Shown here: positions 51,520-64,000 of the stretch, piece after piece
Layout: each line of letters begins with the position of its first letter
Numbering within the stretch: the stretch's first letter is position 1
DNA from: Eledone cirrhosa
Lineage: Eukaryota
Direction: 5' to 3'
Length of the DNA stretch: 64,000 bases
Assembly: GCA_964016885.1 (NCBI GenBank)
Contig: OZ024743.1
Location: forward strand, 115,072,001 to 115,136,000
Notes under the pieces: generated by a model
What the model saw: the letters and a program-made list of their open reading frames with translations, nothing else
Databases searched by the model: none
Told to the model about the DNA's origin: nothing
Program-made: the position numbers and the translations under genes

Positions 51520-53340
51520 ATAACAGCAAATGAGGAGATATGTATAAACCATGCACAATATTATAATAAGGCTCTTTCTGAATCTGGTTATGAACAATCA
51601 ATTTATTACATATCTAAATGCCATAACACAGAAATTCACCATAATAAACTTAATACTAGAACTAGATATACCTTAGCATATAACCAGATTCGCCGGAATT
51701 TTAGCAGTAACAGCACCTCTACAGGGAAGTTTAATGGTGGCAGCGGCCTGCTCCCCACTTCAAGTAGCAAACTAAAAATCAACCCTAGAATAGGAATGAG
51801 AAATGGGATGAAAAATAACAAATCCCCAGGTAATAATAACCCTACGAATAGACCAACTCCACTAGAACCCCTAGAATGAATAGACCTAGAAATAACACCT
51901 GGCTTAACCCCCCATTCTCATCTAATCTAGCCACTAATATCCCTAAACGCTTCTTCTCCATCCTATCTAAACATTTCCCCCTCCCCCATCCATAGATATT
52001 ACAAGCTCTTTAATAAAAATAACATTAAAATCTCATTCTCGACAACACCAAACCTAGCTAGCCACATCGCATTCAGTAACCATCATAAACTAAGACAGTA
52101 TAACTCCCACACCGCGGTTCCACCACCCCTATCAAATACACCACGCCACTACACCAATAATTACTCTAGTAGCACAGCTCCCCATCTAATCTTTCTAGCA
52201 CTGACCTACCCTACTCTCACTAACCGCAGAAGCAACTGCAACTGCCGTTACCCTAATGCATGCCCATTGAATGGACACTGCCTGACACCCAAGATAGTCT
52301 GTAGGTGCACGGTTAAAACTGCTTCGAATACCAGCTCTTATATCGGGTCTACCTCTAACCCTTTTAAGGTACGCTATAACGTGCACTCTTTTTCCTTCCG
52401 AGACCCTAGCAACAGATGTTCGACATCGCTAGCTAGGCTCATAAAAGCCTTAAATTAAGCAACGTTCAACACTCATTAAAATGGGATATTGTAGCTAGGG
52501 CCCAACCGTTCAATGGACGAAGAAAATCTTGTTATCTCTGTATTACAGAAGCATATTACATAACTCTATCACGACCTCTACCGATTAACGATAGAACGGA
52601 GGTAACTATTAGCTGTCAACATCGAAGGGCTAATTCCTTCGCCAATAGAATATTTGACCCAACTTAGTCATCTAGCCCCATTTTTACTTGTAGCTATTAA
52701 GTTAAATAGCTATGACTAACTTACATAATTATAAGTTACCTCCCCTACATTGTCTCTCAATTAAAAAATTAAAAAATTAGCACTTAACTATAAACTACCC
52801 ACAATTGCTAATCTATCGAGGAGTTACTTCCCCTGAAACCACCCTCTAATTAGTAAGGTAAATATGTCATTTGGCAGCCATCTTGTTACCCATAGGCAGA
52901 TCTCACACTATTCAGCTTCGACAGATGAATACTGCTTGATTATGGCTGACAACTGATGCAACCAAGACACTATAGTGAAAAACCAATATATGAAACATTA
53001 TATTATGTAACATTCTCTCCTTATTTTAATTTATATTCCTTTGAAGTTCCGATGAGCCGCTCTGTTTTTTAAATATGTTAATTATTTTCAACTGAACCAG
53101 ATCAATTATGATATATATAGTCATCTGATGCAGAAATATCATATGGAGTAGCGAAACAATTGTAAACGGACACTATTATTATTAATATTATTATTATTAT
53201 TCTCTACATTCCTTACATCATATAACTAAAATATGTTGACAATCTTTTAATAATGTCTTCCTTGTTTTGCTTAACTAATGAATATTTCCAGCTCTGCGCA
53301 CCTAACGTCTGCATGAATCCAGCCACCTAGCTGCTTTCTA
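51520..53340 (+). mobile_element. Penelope-like element 3' remnant
   Basis: YNKALSESGY, WLNPPFS, CNCR...CPLNGHCL..IVCRC..SYIGSTSNPFKVRYNVH and CYLCITE. HHR-like motif in the 3' UTR. Confidence 0.8.
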
Positions 53341-53440
53341 CTGCATATTGCACATTGAGCTTCTAACTAATTCACCAATCTCTCCTCTCATATCTCCTCT
53401 CCTATCTCCATCTCTCTCTTTAAGATTGGTTACTCTTGAA

Positions 53441-53527
<87 letters not shown>

Positions 53528-53756
53528 TACACGGGTGTGTATGATTGTGTATAGAAGATTATATTAATAAAAGGAATTCTAACTTTGTCTGATTTACTCG
53601 TTTTATTTACAATCCTTTAAAATTTATAATGGTATTAGAATGAATTAGTATGGTAGAATATTAGATGTTAAGTGTTAATTGAACAAGTACTGTCATGCTT
53701 TCGCAATCTTCAGGTTCATATTGTGTGGTGACAGTCAAGTTTGCAATTTTCAACTG

Positions 53757-53816
<60 letters not shown>

Positions 53817-53817
<1 letters not shown>

Positions 53818-54444
53818 TTGGCGTGGCAATAAAGTCTTTAGAATAGTAGGCCGTGTGCCTTAAATACCAGTAAACGTAGTTGATATTAGTTGGGATTAAA
53901 ACTTTGTTGTACACCTGTGATATTCTGTACGAATGCTGTATTTAGTCACAGGGCCATGCATAATTATTTTGTTGTCATTCTTGTGAATTTATAATACACG
54001 CATCAAATGGATTTAAGTCAAGACATTTTTAGAACATATGCTTTCATTGAATGTAAACGAGGCAAATCAGCAACGAATATTATTGCACAATTTAATCAGT
54101 GGAATAACAACATTCCAGCAAATTCAACCATTTATAATTGGGTGAAACAATTTAAAGATGGCAGTAGATAATTAGTTATTGATACTCCTCGTTCTGATTG
54201 TTTTTGCACAACAACTATTCATGCCCACATTCAAAGTATCATTGATGCATAACCAAAAACAATCATTGCGTTACTTTGAACATGTTACTGGAATATAATA
54301 AAAATAAATGTTTTCGCTTCATTATAAGAGGTGGTGGATGAATCGTTGCACTGATTTCGACAACTGCCGAAAGAAAGGTTCAATATGTGGTGCATTTTCA
54401 TTGAAAATAGGCTATTCAAAGGATTTATTATTACCACATAATGT
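53817..54444 (+). mobile_element. Internally deleted mariner/Tc1-like element in (TA)n
   Basis: ~30-bp imperfect TIRs (cttggcgtggcaataaagtctttagaatag and, on the reverse strand, cattatgtggtaataataaatcctttgaatag). HTH remnant from 54008: RGKSATNI..STIYNWVKQFKDG..DTPRS. Confidence 0.75.
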
Positions 54445-54445
54445 A

Positions 54446-54494
<49 letters not shown>

Positions 54495-54590
54495 TATGAA
54501 GAGAGAAGAAACATTTAGATATAATTAGTAATAAAATGTATCATACCTAAACTGTTCCTAAATTCCTCGACTACGTAGTTTACCAACCTT

Positions 54591-54660
54591 ACACACACAC
54601 TCACACACAACACACATACACACACGCACACACACGCGCGCACACCCATACACACACACA

Positions 54661-54728
<68 letters not shown>

Positions 54729-54810
54729 TGTATGTGTGTGTGTGTGTGTGTATGGGTGTGCGCGCGTGTGTGTGCGTGTGTGTATGTGTGTTGTGTGTGA
54801 GTGTGTGTGT
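54591..54810. repeat. Fold-back of a compound (CA)n microsatellite
   Basis: ~80-bp arms are reverse complements including the irregular interruptions. The spacer is (CA)n. Confidence 0.9.
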
Positions 54811-55266
54811 GTGTTGAACAAGGAAAACAAAGGCAAAGTGTAGTGCTTAAATGATTAATCGTTTTAAGATCGTTTCAAAAGTTTGATTAAAATTGATTAA
54901 TCGATATGATGACAAATGATATGGCGTTGCATATCTACTATCTAGTATATATCGATATATATATTAGAGAGTGAGTTTTTTTTACCAAATGAAAAATAAC
55001 CGAGTTGTCCTACACGAGTGAAAGTATAAAGGAAAAAAGATGAAATCGAAAATGCAACTGGAGTCTTATTTTTAAAAATATATATATATTTATTTGGTTC
55101 CTTTACCAGTTTCGCAGTTCTTCTGCTTTTCAAAAGTAGACTTGAGACGGAGGGTCTGTGGTTTTTCTCACAGCTGGTTGGTCTTTGAATGTTACTTGTT
55201 TTATATGGAAAAACGTGGCTCGAAACGCCATGTTTTTAGAGAAGTAATTTGATTTATATACAATAT

Positions 55267-55561
55267 ATTAATAAATGGAAACTATATTTATAAAAGCATA
55301 ATTATTTTATTATATATATTTCAAGGGCAACAAATGCAATTTTGGTGCGCTTTCGTCAGATAAAATACAAAATATGTTTTATAAATGTTGACATACCCTT
55401 AGAAAAACAACCTTGACGGTTGAAGGTTCGGTGGATAGTGGAAAACATTTTTTTATTGAGGGTAGTTCAATTTCTTTATTGAGGGTATTGCCTTGGCTGC
55501 CCTTGAAATATATATAATAAAATAATTATGGTTTTTAAATATAGTTTCCATTTATTAATAT
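55267..55561. repeat. ~70-bp inverted repeat pair (MITE or PLE inversion)
   Basis: tattaataaatggaaactatattt...ttcaagggca pairs with tgcccttgaa...aaatatagtttccatttattaata. Confidence 0.75.
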
Positions 55562-55653
55562 ATTGAATATATAGTCCAGTTACTTGTTGAGTGCTTTATA
55601 TCAGTTATAAAACCTTTAAGCTTGTTGAATCCCAACAAATTAAATATAACTTC

Positions 55654-55991
<338 letters not shown>

Positions 55992-56006
55992 CTTATCGGG
56001 ATTCGC

Positions 56007-56886
56007 ATTTCGGCCCACGAAATAACGAAAAACAACCTCCGAGATGTGCGGCAAGTGCTCAATGATTCAGATGAACCAGAGCTATAACAAACGTTAAACG
56101 CCAAACACACTGAGACGATGGTTAAACAATCATTCGCATAGCCAAAAAAACGATCAAGTAATTCGGGTATTGAAAATTTACCCGGACCCTGGAAGGTTGG
56201 TAACATCCAGTATATGGGTTTCTGCGGCTTCTAAATCAAGTACCGTCCGCTTACATAAATAATGTCAGTCTTCTGGTAAGATGTTTGAACAAGGAAGCCA
56301 CTTTCTCAACAGGTTTTAGTTGAATGTTAATACAAGGACTGACTATTGCTGAGACCCCACGTGGGGATCGGAAAGGGAGGCAACCCCTATATCAGGCGAA
56401 TGAATTCAGTTGTGTATATTTTTGCAAGAATGCAAAAACATCACAAATCGAATAGAGTTCTCAACAGAAGGGTTAAAATTAACATAAGCTATTCAGCAGT
56501 CAATAGAATCAACTAAAAAATCAAGAAAATTAACTGGTCAATAGCTAGAGTCTGGAGAATAATACAAACATAAATTATCGAGATTTGTATTTCGGCCCAC
56601 GAAATAACGACAAACAACCTCCGAGATGTGCGGCAAGTGCTCAATGATTCAGATGAACCAGAGCTATGACAAACGTTAAAGGCTAAACGCACTGAGACGA
56701 TGGTTAAACAATCATTCGCATAACCAAAAAAAAACGATCAAGTAATTCGGGTATTGAAAATTTACCCGGACCCCTGGAAGGTTGGTAAAATCCAGTATAT
56801 GGGTTTCTGCGGCTCCTCAATCAAGTACTGTCCGCTTACATAAATAATATCAGGCTTCTGGTAAGATGATTGAACAAGGAAGCCAA
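56007..56886. repeat. ~295-bp direct repeat pair (56007-56300 and 56588-56886)
   Basis: atttcggcccacgaaataacg...tgaacaaggaagcca is duplicated at ~581-bp spacing with few substitutions. Confidence 0.9.
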
Positions 56887-57915
56887 TTGAACGTCTGAAA
56901 GTATAAAGAACGTGTGAAAGTATATACTTTCTTTATACATATTAACGGCTGAGCAGTCTAATTTGCATATAGATTTGCATATTCAATCATCTGGCAGGAA
57001 GGTATACGTTGCTGACGATAGCTCATACACACATACATTCACACATACATTCACATACATGCATATATACGCACATGTGCATGCACACATATACATTCAC
57101 ACCTAGGATTTTTTCATTCTGATGAATGAAAGTAAATATCGTTTGCTTTCAACAAACCACTGGTAAATGAAACAACTAACCTATGTTGTTCATTACATAA
57201 CTATATGTATATTTATACATATATATACACACACACACACATACATACATACACACACATATATACACACACGTAAACTCACACATGTCCACACACACAT
57301 ACTAACACATACGTACATATACATTGCCTACACACGTACGCACACACACATATATACATATATATTTTTTATATAAGTATCATAATCTATAAAGCTCAGT
57401 GTGTGGTCATGCTCCTTTCTTATAGAAATCTACGATATAGAATTTCTTCAATTGAAATTTACAATTCAGTATTCGAAATAGTTTCGATTGCGTCTTGGCA
57501 CATCTCATTTTTTCAATTTCACCCACAATTACGCAAAAAATAGATAAAACTCAATATTTTACGATTTTTCTCTGTCATTTAAACTGCTAAACTCTTTCCA
57601 CTACCATTCAAAATCTATACAACTTCATACTTTCTGCTACTTTCTCTTTCCAAGCTTGATGGTGATACTGTCCGTATTACTCTGTCATATCATCTGCTCC
57701 CCTCTATCTACAACCCACACATTTTGCTACTTTCTCTTTTATACTTCAAATTATTACATTTCATACGAAACGACAATTATTCAAAAGCAACAGATACATT
57801 TATTCAACAACAAGCGATAAATCTTTTTTAAAACCTCTTTTCCAAACGCATACAAACACACACTCACTTCAACAACAACAACAACAATCTGCCTTTTATA
57901 GATAATGATAAATAC

Positions 57916-58305
57916 TTGTTTCTACTTTAGGCACAAGGCCAGCAAATTACCCAGTGCATTACTGGTACTTTATTTTATCGACGCCGTAAGGATGAAAGGC
58001 AAAGTCACCCTCGGCGGGATTTGAACTCAGATCATAAAGGGACGTAACTATGCTGGAAAGCATGGCGTCCGACCCTCTACCAATACTGCCAATCCACCAC
58101 ATAGATAATGATAAATAATTGTTTCTATTTTAGGCACAAGGCCAGCAATTACCCAGTGCATTACTGGTACTTTATTTTATCGACCCCGTAAGGATGAAAG
58201 GCAAAGTCAACCTCGGCGGGATTTGAACTCAGATCGTAAAGGGACATAACTATGCTGGAAAGCATGGCGTCCGAACCTCTACCGATACTGCCAATCCACC
58301 GCCCC
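57916..58305 (-). mobile_element. Two tandem full-length tRNA-derived SINEs
   Basis: Two ~185-bp copies, separated and flanked by tagataatgataaata (57899, 58102, 58306). Confidence 0.9.
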
Positions 58306-58325
58306 TAGATAATGATAAATAATAA

Positions 58326-58692
58326 TATCCTCTATGAGGTCACTAAACCTGCTAGAAACAGCAGCTAAGTCTCCCCCATATCATACCACTCCCTACTGTC
58401 TTAAATTTAGAAAACACATATCCTCTATGAGGTTACTAAACCTGTTAGAAACAGCAGCTAACTCTCCCCCATATCACACCCATCCATACTGTCTTAAATT
58501 TAGAAAACATCTTCTATGAGGTCAATAAACCTGCTAGAAACAGCAGCTAACTCTCCACCATATCACACCACTCCCTACTGTCTTAAATTTAGAAAACATA
58601 TATCCTCTATGAGGTCACTAAACCTGCTAGAAACAACAGCTAACTCTCATTCATATCACAATCCTCCCTACTGTCTTAAATTTAGAAAACAC
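58326..58692. repeat. Minisatellite, 4 x ~90 bp
   Basis: ctatgaggtcactaaacctgctagaaacagcagctaa...cttaaatttagaaaaca is repeated four times. Confidence 0.92.
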
Positions 58693-59603
58693 ACAGACAA
58701 CCATGTAGAACAACTCCATCGCAGCTCTGTTGTTCGGCTGGCATAGTCTACGCGCGTATTGCGCAAGTACTGTGAAACAATAAATTTCAACACTTTTTTG
58801 CACAGAGATAATATCCATAGGCGAAACTACAATTGTCACTGCTGGTGCAGCTCCTGCTTCCAGGTCTGTAATTCATTCACCCAGTGCCTGGCAGACAAAC
58901 AAGTGCTGCCATAAAATGGGTGGTGCAACATAACTTTGGTAACTTAATGACCCCGAGCAACGCCGGGCTTTAATGCTAGTATATATATAGATATATACAC
59001 ACAAAAGAAAAAGAAAAAAGGACAACTTAATATGCATACTCATATCCACACATATACATAGAAATAACCACGCATAGGCCGAACTACATACATCTACATA
59101 TGCGTGCGCATACATGCTGCCGCATGTATACACCTGCACGTATGCACATCTGCCTACCCACACGGAAGTGCCACCACATATACATTTACATATATAAACA
59201 CACCTGTAAGTGAACAGTTGAAAATACATTATGCAATAAAAAACAGTATAGTAACATAAAATTGTATAATAACATAAGAAAAATATACAATGAAATATAA
59301 TATACAATGTGGTATATATATACACACACACATAGATATATATATATATATTTACAATCATATATCCCCCTATTATACATATATACACACACACACACAC
59401 ATACACATACGCACCTACGTATACATATATACACACACATACACAGACGCACACGTACACAGACTCATACGTACATATACGCATATATACGGGTATATAT
59501 AGAGGGTATGTGATAAAATAATACAACATGAATAATAATAATAATGAAAAAAACATATATAGTCTATATACAAACATCCGCACACATTCCCACACATTCA
59601 GCT

Positions 59604-59692
59604 GTGTCTGAAAGAACCCGCAGAAGTAGAATCAGCCAGATCCATACAAGGACCATGACTCGAGCTACATGCCGGCGAAACATTTGTAACAC
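59604..59692 (+). ncRNA. Hammerhead-like motif with extended stem II
   Basis: GTGT-CTGAAAGA-acccgca..tgccggc-GAAA-catttg-TA-ACAC. The core has one extra nucleotide and stem II is imperfect. Confidence 0.5.
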
Positions 59693-59821
59693 GAAATAAA
59701 CTATGTCCAGATGCATCACTAATATTTCGTTTTCTTGATAATATCTACACTTTACTCTGATGAATATCGAGTGCTAATTTTGGCATACCGCCTACGGAAG
59801 CAACATAGCTACCACTATACA

Positions 59822-59862
<41 letters not shown>

Positions 59863-59866
<4 letters not shown>

Positions 59867-62800
59867 CTTTGATAACTTTGATAGGTTTCGGCCAGTATTG
59901 GCCCAGGCCATGTCTAACTTAATAGCACCACCTGGCGAAGTCTTACAAACCAGTGTTTGGGCACCATGGCCCACTCGAACAGAGAGTTATTGTTTACGGA
60001 GGCATATCCGGGTGTAGGAGACTTATCCGGGATTTCTTGAAGGAATTTATCCAAAGACTTCTTGAATTTGATGAGGTCTGTCTCTGCTTTGATGTGTTTT
60101 GGTGTAATGTTAAAGAGAGCAGGGCCAATTGAGGTGAAATAATTGTGCCGTATTGTTGTTATGTGATGCGAGTGGGATTTTTGTCCTGGGCGGATAGCAC
60201 GGGGCTCAAACCTTGGGTGTACACTAAATATGATGCCAACATCATTTGGGCAAAGCTGATGGAATATTTTCCACATCATGCAGATAATGTAGCGCCCACG
60301 GCGACGTTGAAGAGAATAACATTTGAGCTTTTCTAATCGACCCCAATAGTCAAGGCCTGTCATGCCAACTATCTTTTTTGTAATTGACCTTTGGGGTGCT
60401 TTAACTTTCATGATATTTTGTTTCGTGTGGGGTGACCACAATGGACAACAGTATTCAAGGTGGGGTCGGGCAAAAGTGGAGAAGAGGACAACAGTGTGAA
60501 TATCTCTCGACTGGAAAGTTCTGAGAATCCAGGAACACATTCTGCGGCCCATATCGACTTTGCTGTTTATATGAGTGGCCCAGCTTATATTGTTGTCCAC
60601 AATTACTCCCAGGTCTCTGATGTTATTGGAAGCCACCAGAGTTTCACCCGAAGGAAGAGAGTATGGTAGTTTCAGAGCTTCCTTTTTTCCAAAGTAGATT
60701 AGATCAAATTTATCCTCATTCAACAGCATATTATTCATCTCTGCCCATTGGATAACAGCCAGTATGTCTGACTGAAGGCAAGTCCGGTCACCCACCTCAT
60801 TGATGACCCTTTGGCGCTTGGAATCATCTGCGAAGATTCTGATGTTACTGGGTTTGATGAAGTCAGTAATGTCATTAATGTATATGATGAAAAGAAGTGG
60901 GCCCAACACTGCCTTAGTGGGACGCCACTGCGGACTTTGGCAGGGCTTGATTTTACTCTTTCGACTACAACATGCTGGGTTCTGCCTGTCAGGAAACATT
61001 TGATCCACTGTAGTAACCTTCCAGAGACACCAACATTGCATAGTTTTTTCAGTAGAATCTTATGATCAACCCTGTCGAAGGCCTTGATGAAATCAAGGTA
61101 GATGACATCAGGACATCAATGCTGGAGCCCTCTCCCAAGGCTCTGAATACATCGTCAAAGTGATGCAGGAGCTGCGTTAGGCAGTCCCTTCCATTACGGA
61201 ACCCATGTTGGTTGGAGTTCAGCAGGCCATGGCTTTCAAGAAAGTGGGTTATTCGTGATCTCACCACCCTCTCAAATACCTTGATAATATGAGAGGTGAG
61301 TGAGATCGTACGGTAGTTAACTGCACGGGACTTATTTCCCTTTTTGAAGACTGGGACAACGGACTGAGACAGAAAGTTTTCAGGAATATAGCCAGTGTCC
61401 AGTGAGTTCCTCTACAGATTAGCAAGAGGAGTTGCAAGTTGGTGTCGACACACCTGCAGGACACAAGCAGGGAACCTGTCGGGGCCTACTGCTGAATTGT
61501 GTTTAATTTCGTTTATTGCCGCTAAGACATAAGGGGCGCCAAACGTTATGTATGATATAGTGTGTTGGGGGTTAATATCACTGATACGGGCCAGATCGGC
61601 CATATTAGGGTTGCTGAAAACAGAGCAGTATTGTTTCTGCAGTATCTCGCCCATGGTTTTGGCATTGTCCTGGAGTGTGCCATTTTCATCAACTAGGGGG
61701 CCAACAGTGGATACGGTGACCTTGTGCTTTTTAGCGAATGAGAAGAACACTTTGGGGTTGAGTTTTATTTTCTCAATGGCCCACCTCTCTTCAGCTATTC
61801 TCTGGTTATTGATGATGGTCATCATGCATTGCTGGAGGTTATATTTTTTTGACTCAAGCAGGGTGATAGCCATTGAATGTGTGTGTTGCTGTTGGCAGTA
61901 TTTTAGTGTGTTAATTTTTTTGTTTGTTCTTTTTATTTTTCTGATAATTGTTTTTCTGTTTTGGGGGATACTGCACTTGGTTTTTTTCACAGGTTTTGGT
62001 GGTGTGTGTTTTGTACATATGTTTGTGACAGTGTCTACAAAGATCTGCCAAGATGTTTTGATGTTGGTGGAAGTGTGTGCGTCTGTAAAAGACCAGTCGA
62101 CATGTGATAGTTCGTTCATAATTGCATCCCAGTTGGCATTGTAGAGATCCATGTTATCAAATGGGTGGGCTGGAGAGAGAGGACCCTGGGATTAGCTTTC
62201 GGCTGGTGGAATCTCAGGTTACAAAGAACCATGTCATGGTCTGAGAGAAGGCTTTTTTCCACTGTAATATTATGTTTAGTGTTAGTGTGGTTACTAAACA
62301 CTAGATCCAGAATGTTATTATGATGCCTCGTTGGTGCAAGGACAAGTTGTGACAAGAAAAACTCATTCATGAAGTTAAGAAGTCACTCGACAGCCTCTTT
62401 GTCAGTGGTTGAGGCTGTGGGGCCTGGTTTCAAACTACATGTAGACCAATCGACACAGGGTAGATTAAAGTCTCCCATCAAAAGTATGTTGCTAGAATGG
62501 CATTGTTTGATAAAGCATTTAATACTGTTGAGGCATTCTTTGAAACAGATTATGGGTGTTTGTTGCGACCTATAGAGCCCAACTAATGTCAGGTCATTGG
62601 CTTTATTGTGCACAGTGACCGATTCACAGTATCTATTAGAGAATGTTGTGTTGCCATCTGCCATAAAGGAATCATGCAGGAAAATGTCAGTTCCACCCTT
62701 CCTTCTGCCAACACGATCCGCACGGATGGTTGTGAAATTTCTCACTCTTACTTCGGCCTCCAAGTGGGAGTTGTCAAGGTGGGTCTCAGTAAGAATGAAG

Positions 62801-64000
62801 AAGGGGATGTGAAATGGATGGTTACCAACCCAATCCTCAATGAATTGGATCTTCCATTTCTGTGCATTGATGGATGGGCTGATACCTTGTGTATTGAGTA
62901 AGAATGTGGAGGCTAGTGTGGTGGCTGGTTTTGACTGTTGCAGGGGGCTTGTTTTGTGATTGTGTGTTAGTGACAGCAATGTTGGTGTTTGGTGATGGCT
63001 AAAATGTTTTTCTCTATCTCTTTTGCCAGGTTCATGGCTAAAAAAGAAAGATTTTGTTTTTGTTCAGGGAGCAGTTTTTGATTAGATTTGTGGTTTAAAC
63101 ATTGGATAGGGTTGCAGTTCCCTCTTTTGTTGTTGTTGTATTTGTTGTAATTGTGTCTTTGTGAAAAGACTGGAGCAGCGTTATTTTTGTTGTTGTATTT
63201 GTTGTTGTTGTGATCGTGTCTTTGTGACAAGACTGGAGCAGCATTACTTTTGTTGTTGTAATCATGTCTTTGTGAGGAGACTGGAGCAGCATTACCGCAG
63301 CAGGGGGTGGCTTTATTGTGGTTTCTGGGTTGGCATAAAGCCCCTTTTCTGTTCGTGCGTTGTGTCCCAGGAAGGGACAGTCAGTCAGCAGACGTAGCCT
63401 CTCACGTTGGGAATGATGGCAGATTTGGGGACTGCGACCTATACGTGCAGGCAGCGTGTTTTGGTGATGGCTGGCAGTGTTAGTGCGCCTAGTACCCGGT
63501 AAATGGGTAAATATACAGTCGCTACGTGTGCATAGCCTCTGACCTAGTGAGTAGCGGCATATTTGGGGGTTTCTAGTATGTGTAGTGGGAGGTGCATACA
63601 GCTCCATAGAACTTTTTTTTAATAGTTCTTTTGACTATGGCATGGTTGTGGTGGTGATGTGGGGGAAGAAAGCATTGGTGGTGATGATGATGATGACAAC
63701 TGTGGTGGGAGAGAGAGCAGTGGTCCATTACTAGCAGTTGGTGTGGCAGAGGGTGTAGGTGTGGCAGGAGACGGTGACGGTGGTGATGGTGATGGCGATA
63801 ATGATGGCTGAGTGAGTAGCTGAGTGATACTGTCATTTAGTAGTTCAGCGATTATGCTTGAATTCAGTAGTGGTTGGTCCTGGCTTTCTGGCTGTTGTTG
63901 TTGTTGTGTTTGTCCATTAGAGTAAATATATCGAAGTTTTTCAAAATGGTTTTGAATTAGTTTGAAAGAGACTTCGACGTGTTTTAGTTTGTTGTGTATC
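59863..64000 (-). mobile_element. CR1-group LINE (ORF1 CCCH fingers, APE, RT), frameshifted, runs off the window
   Basis: Motifs seen: LGPLLFIIYIND, IFADD, DLGV, RPHLEYC, NQHGFR, LTETHL, MGDFNLP, ILDLVF, SDH. ORF1 has C-x8-C-x4-C-x3-H (ICRYSLGQRLCTRSDCIFTH). The 3' tail is a 9-bp TCAAAGTTA repeat. Confidence 0.9.

Larger units (their letters stand above)
57380..58979 (+). mobile_element. Non-autonomous Helitron hosting SINEs
   Basis: 3' hairpin CCCG-AGCAACGC-CGGG followed by CTAG|T at 58976-58980. The 5' A|TC start is at 57380 or 57386. Confidence 0.6.

Noticed and set aside
57916-58305. tRNA genes suggested by A/B boxes
   Set aside because: No cloverleaf. The boxes belong to SINE heads with TSDs.
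58326-58692. CRISPR-like array
   Set aside because: Whole units repeat with no unique spacers, there are no cas genes, and the context is eukaryotic.

Overview
Eukaryotic, AT-rich DNA dense in microsatellites and transposons. The tRNA-derived SINE and companion repeats resemble, from memory, octopod cephalopod families; this is an inference and was not searched. No intact conventional host gene is visible. Left to right: a Penelope-like element (PLE) split by a decayed Helitron (1563-7382); a hammerhead-ribozyme (HHR) retrozyme-like unit (7600-8260); a six-unit ~3.65-kb tandem array (~9187-30966); RTE and hAT relics; a PLE interrupted by a non-coding three-LTR element; a Tx1/L1-like 5' half; two R4/Dong-like LINEs in a (TAA)n tract; mariner, Helitron and SINE relics; and a CR1-type LINE at the right end. 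The main non-TE signal is in the array. Each unit carries on the minus strand a signal-peptide exon (MASIMFVFVLCFLGTGLISA-QQ) and a phase-compatible second exon (DFYYYKCLEDKCDNKN*). This is either an amplified small secreted Cys-peptide gene or a decayed Cys-rich receptor-like gene. The ORF track misses the spliced model. Several HHR motifs are also present.
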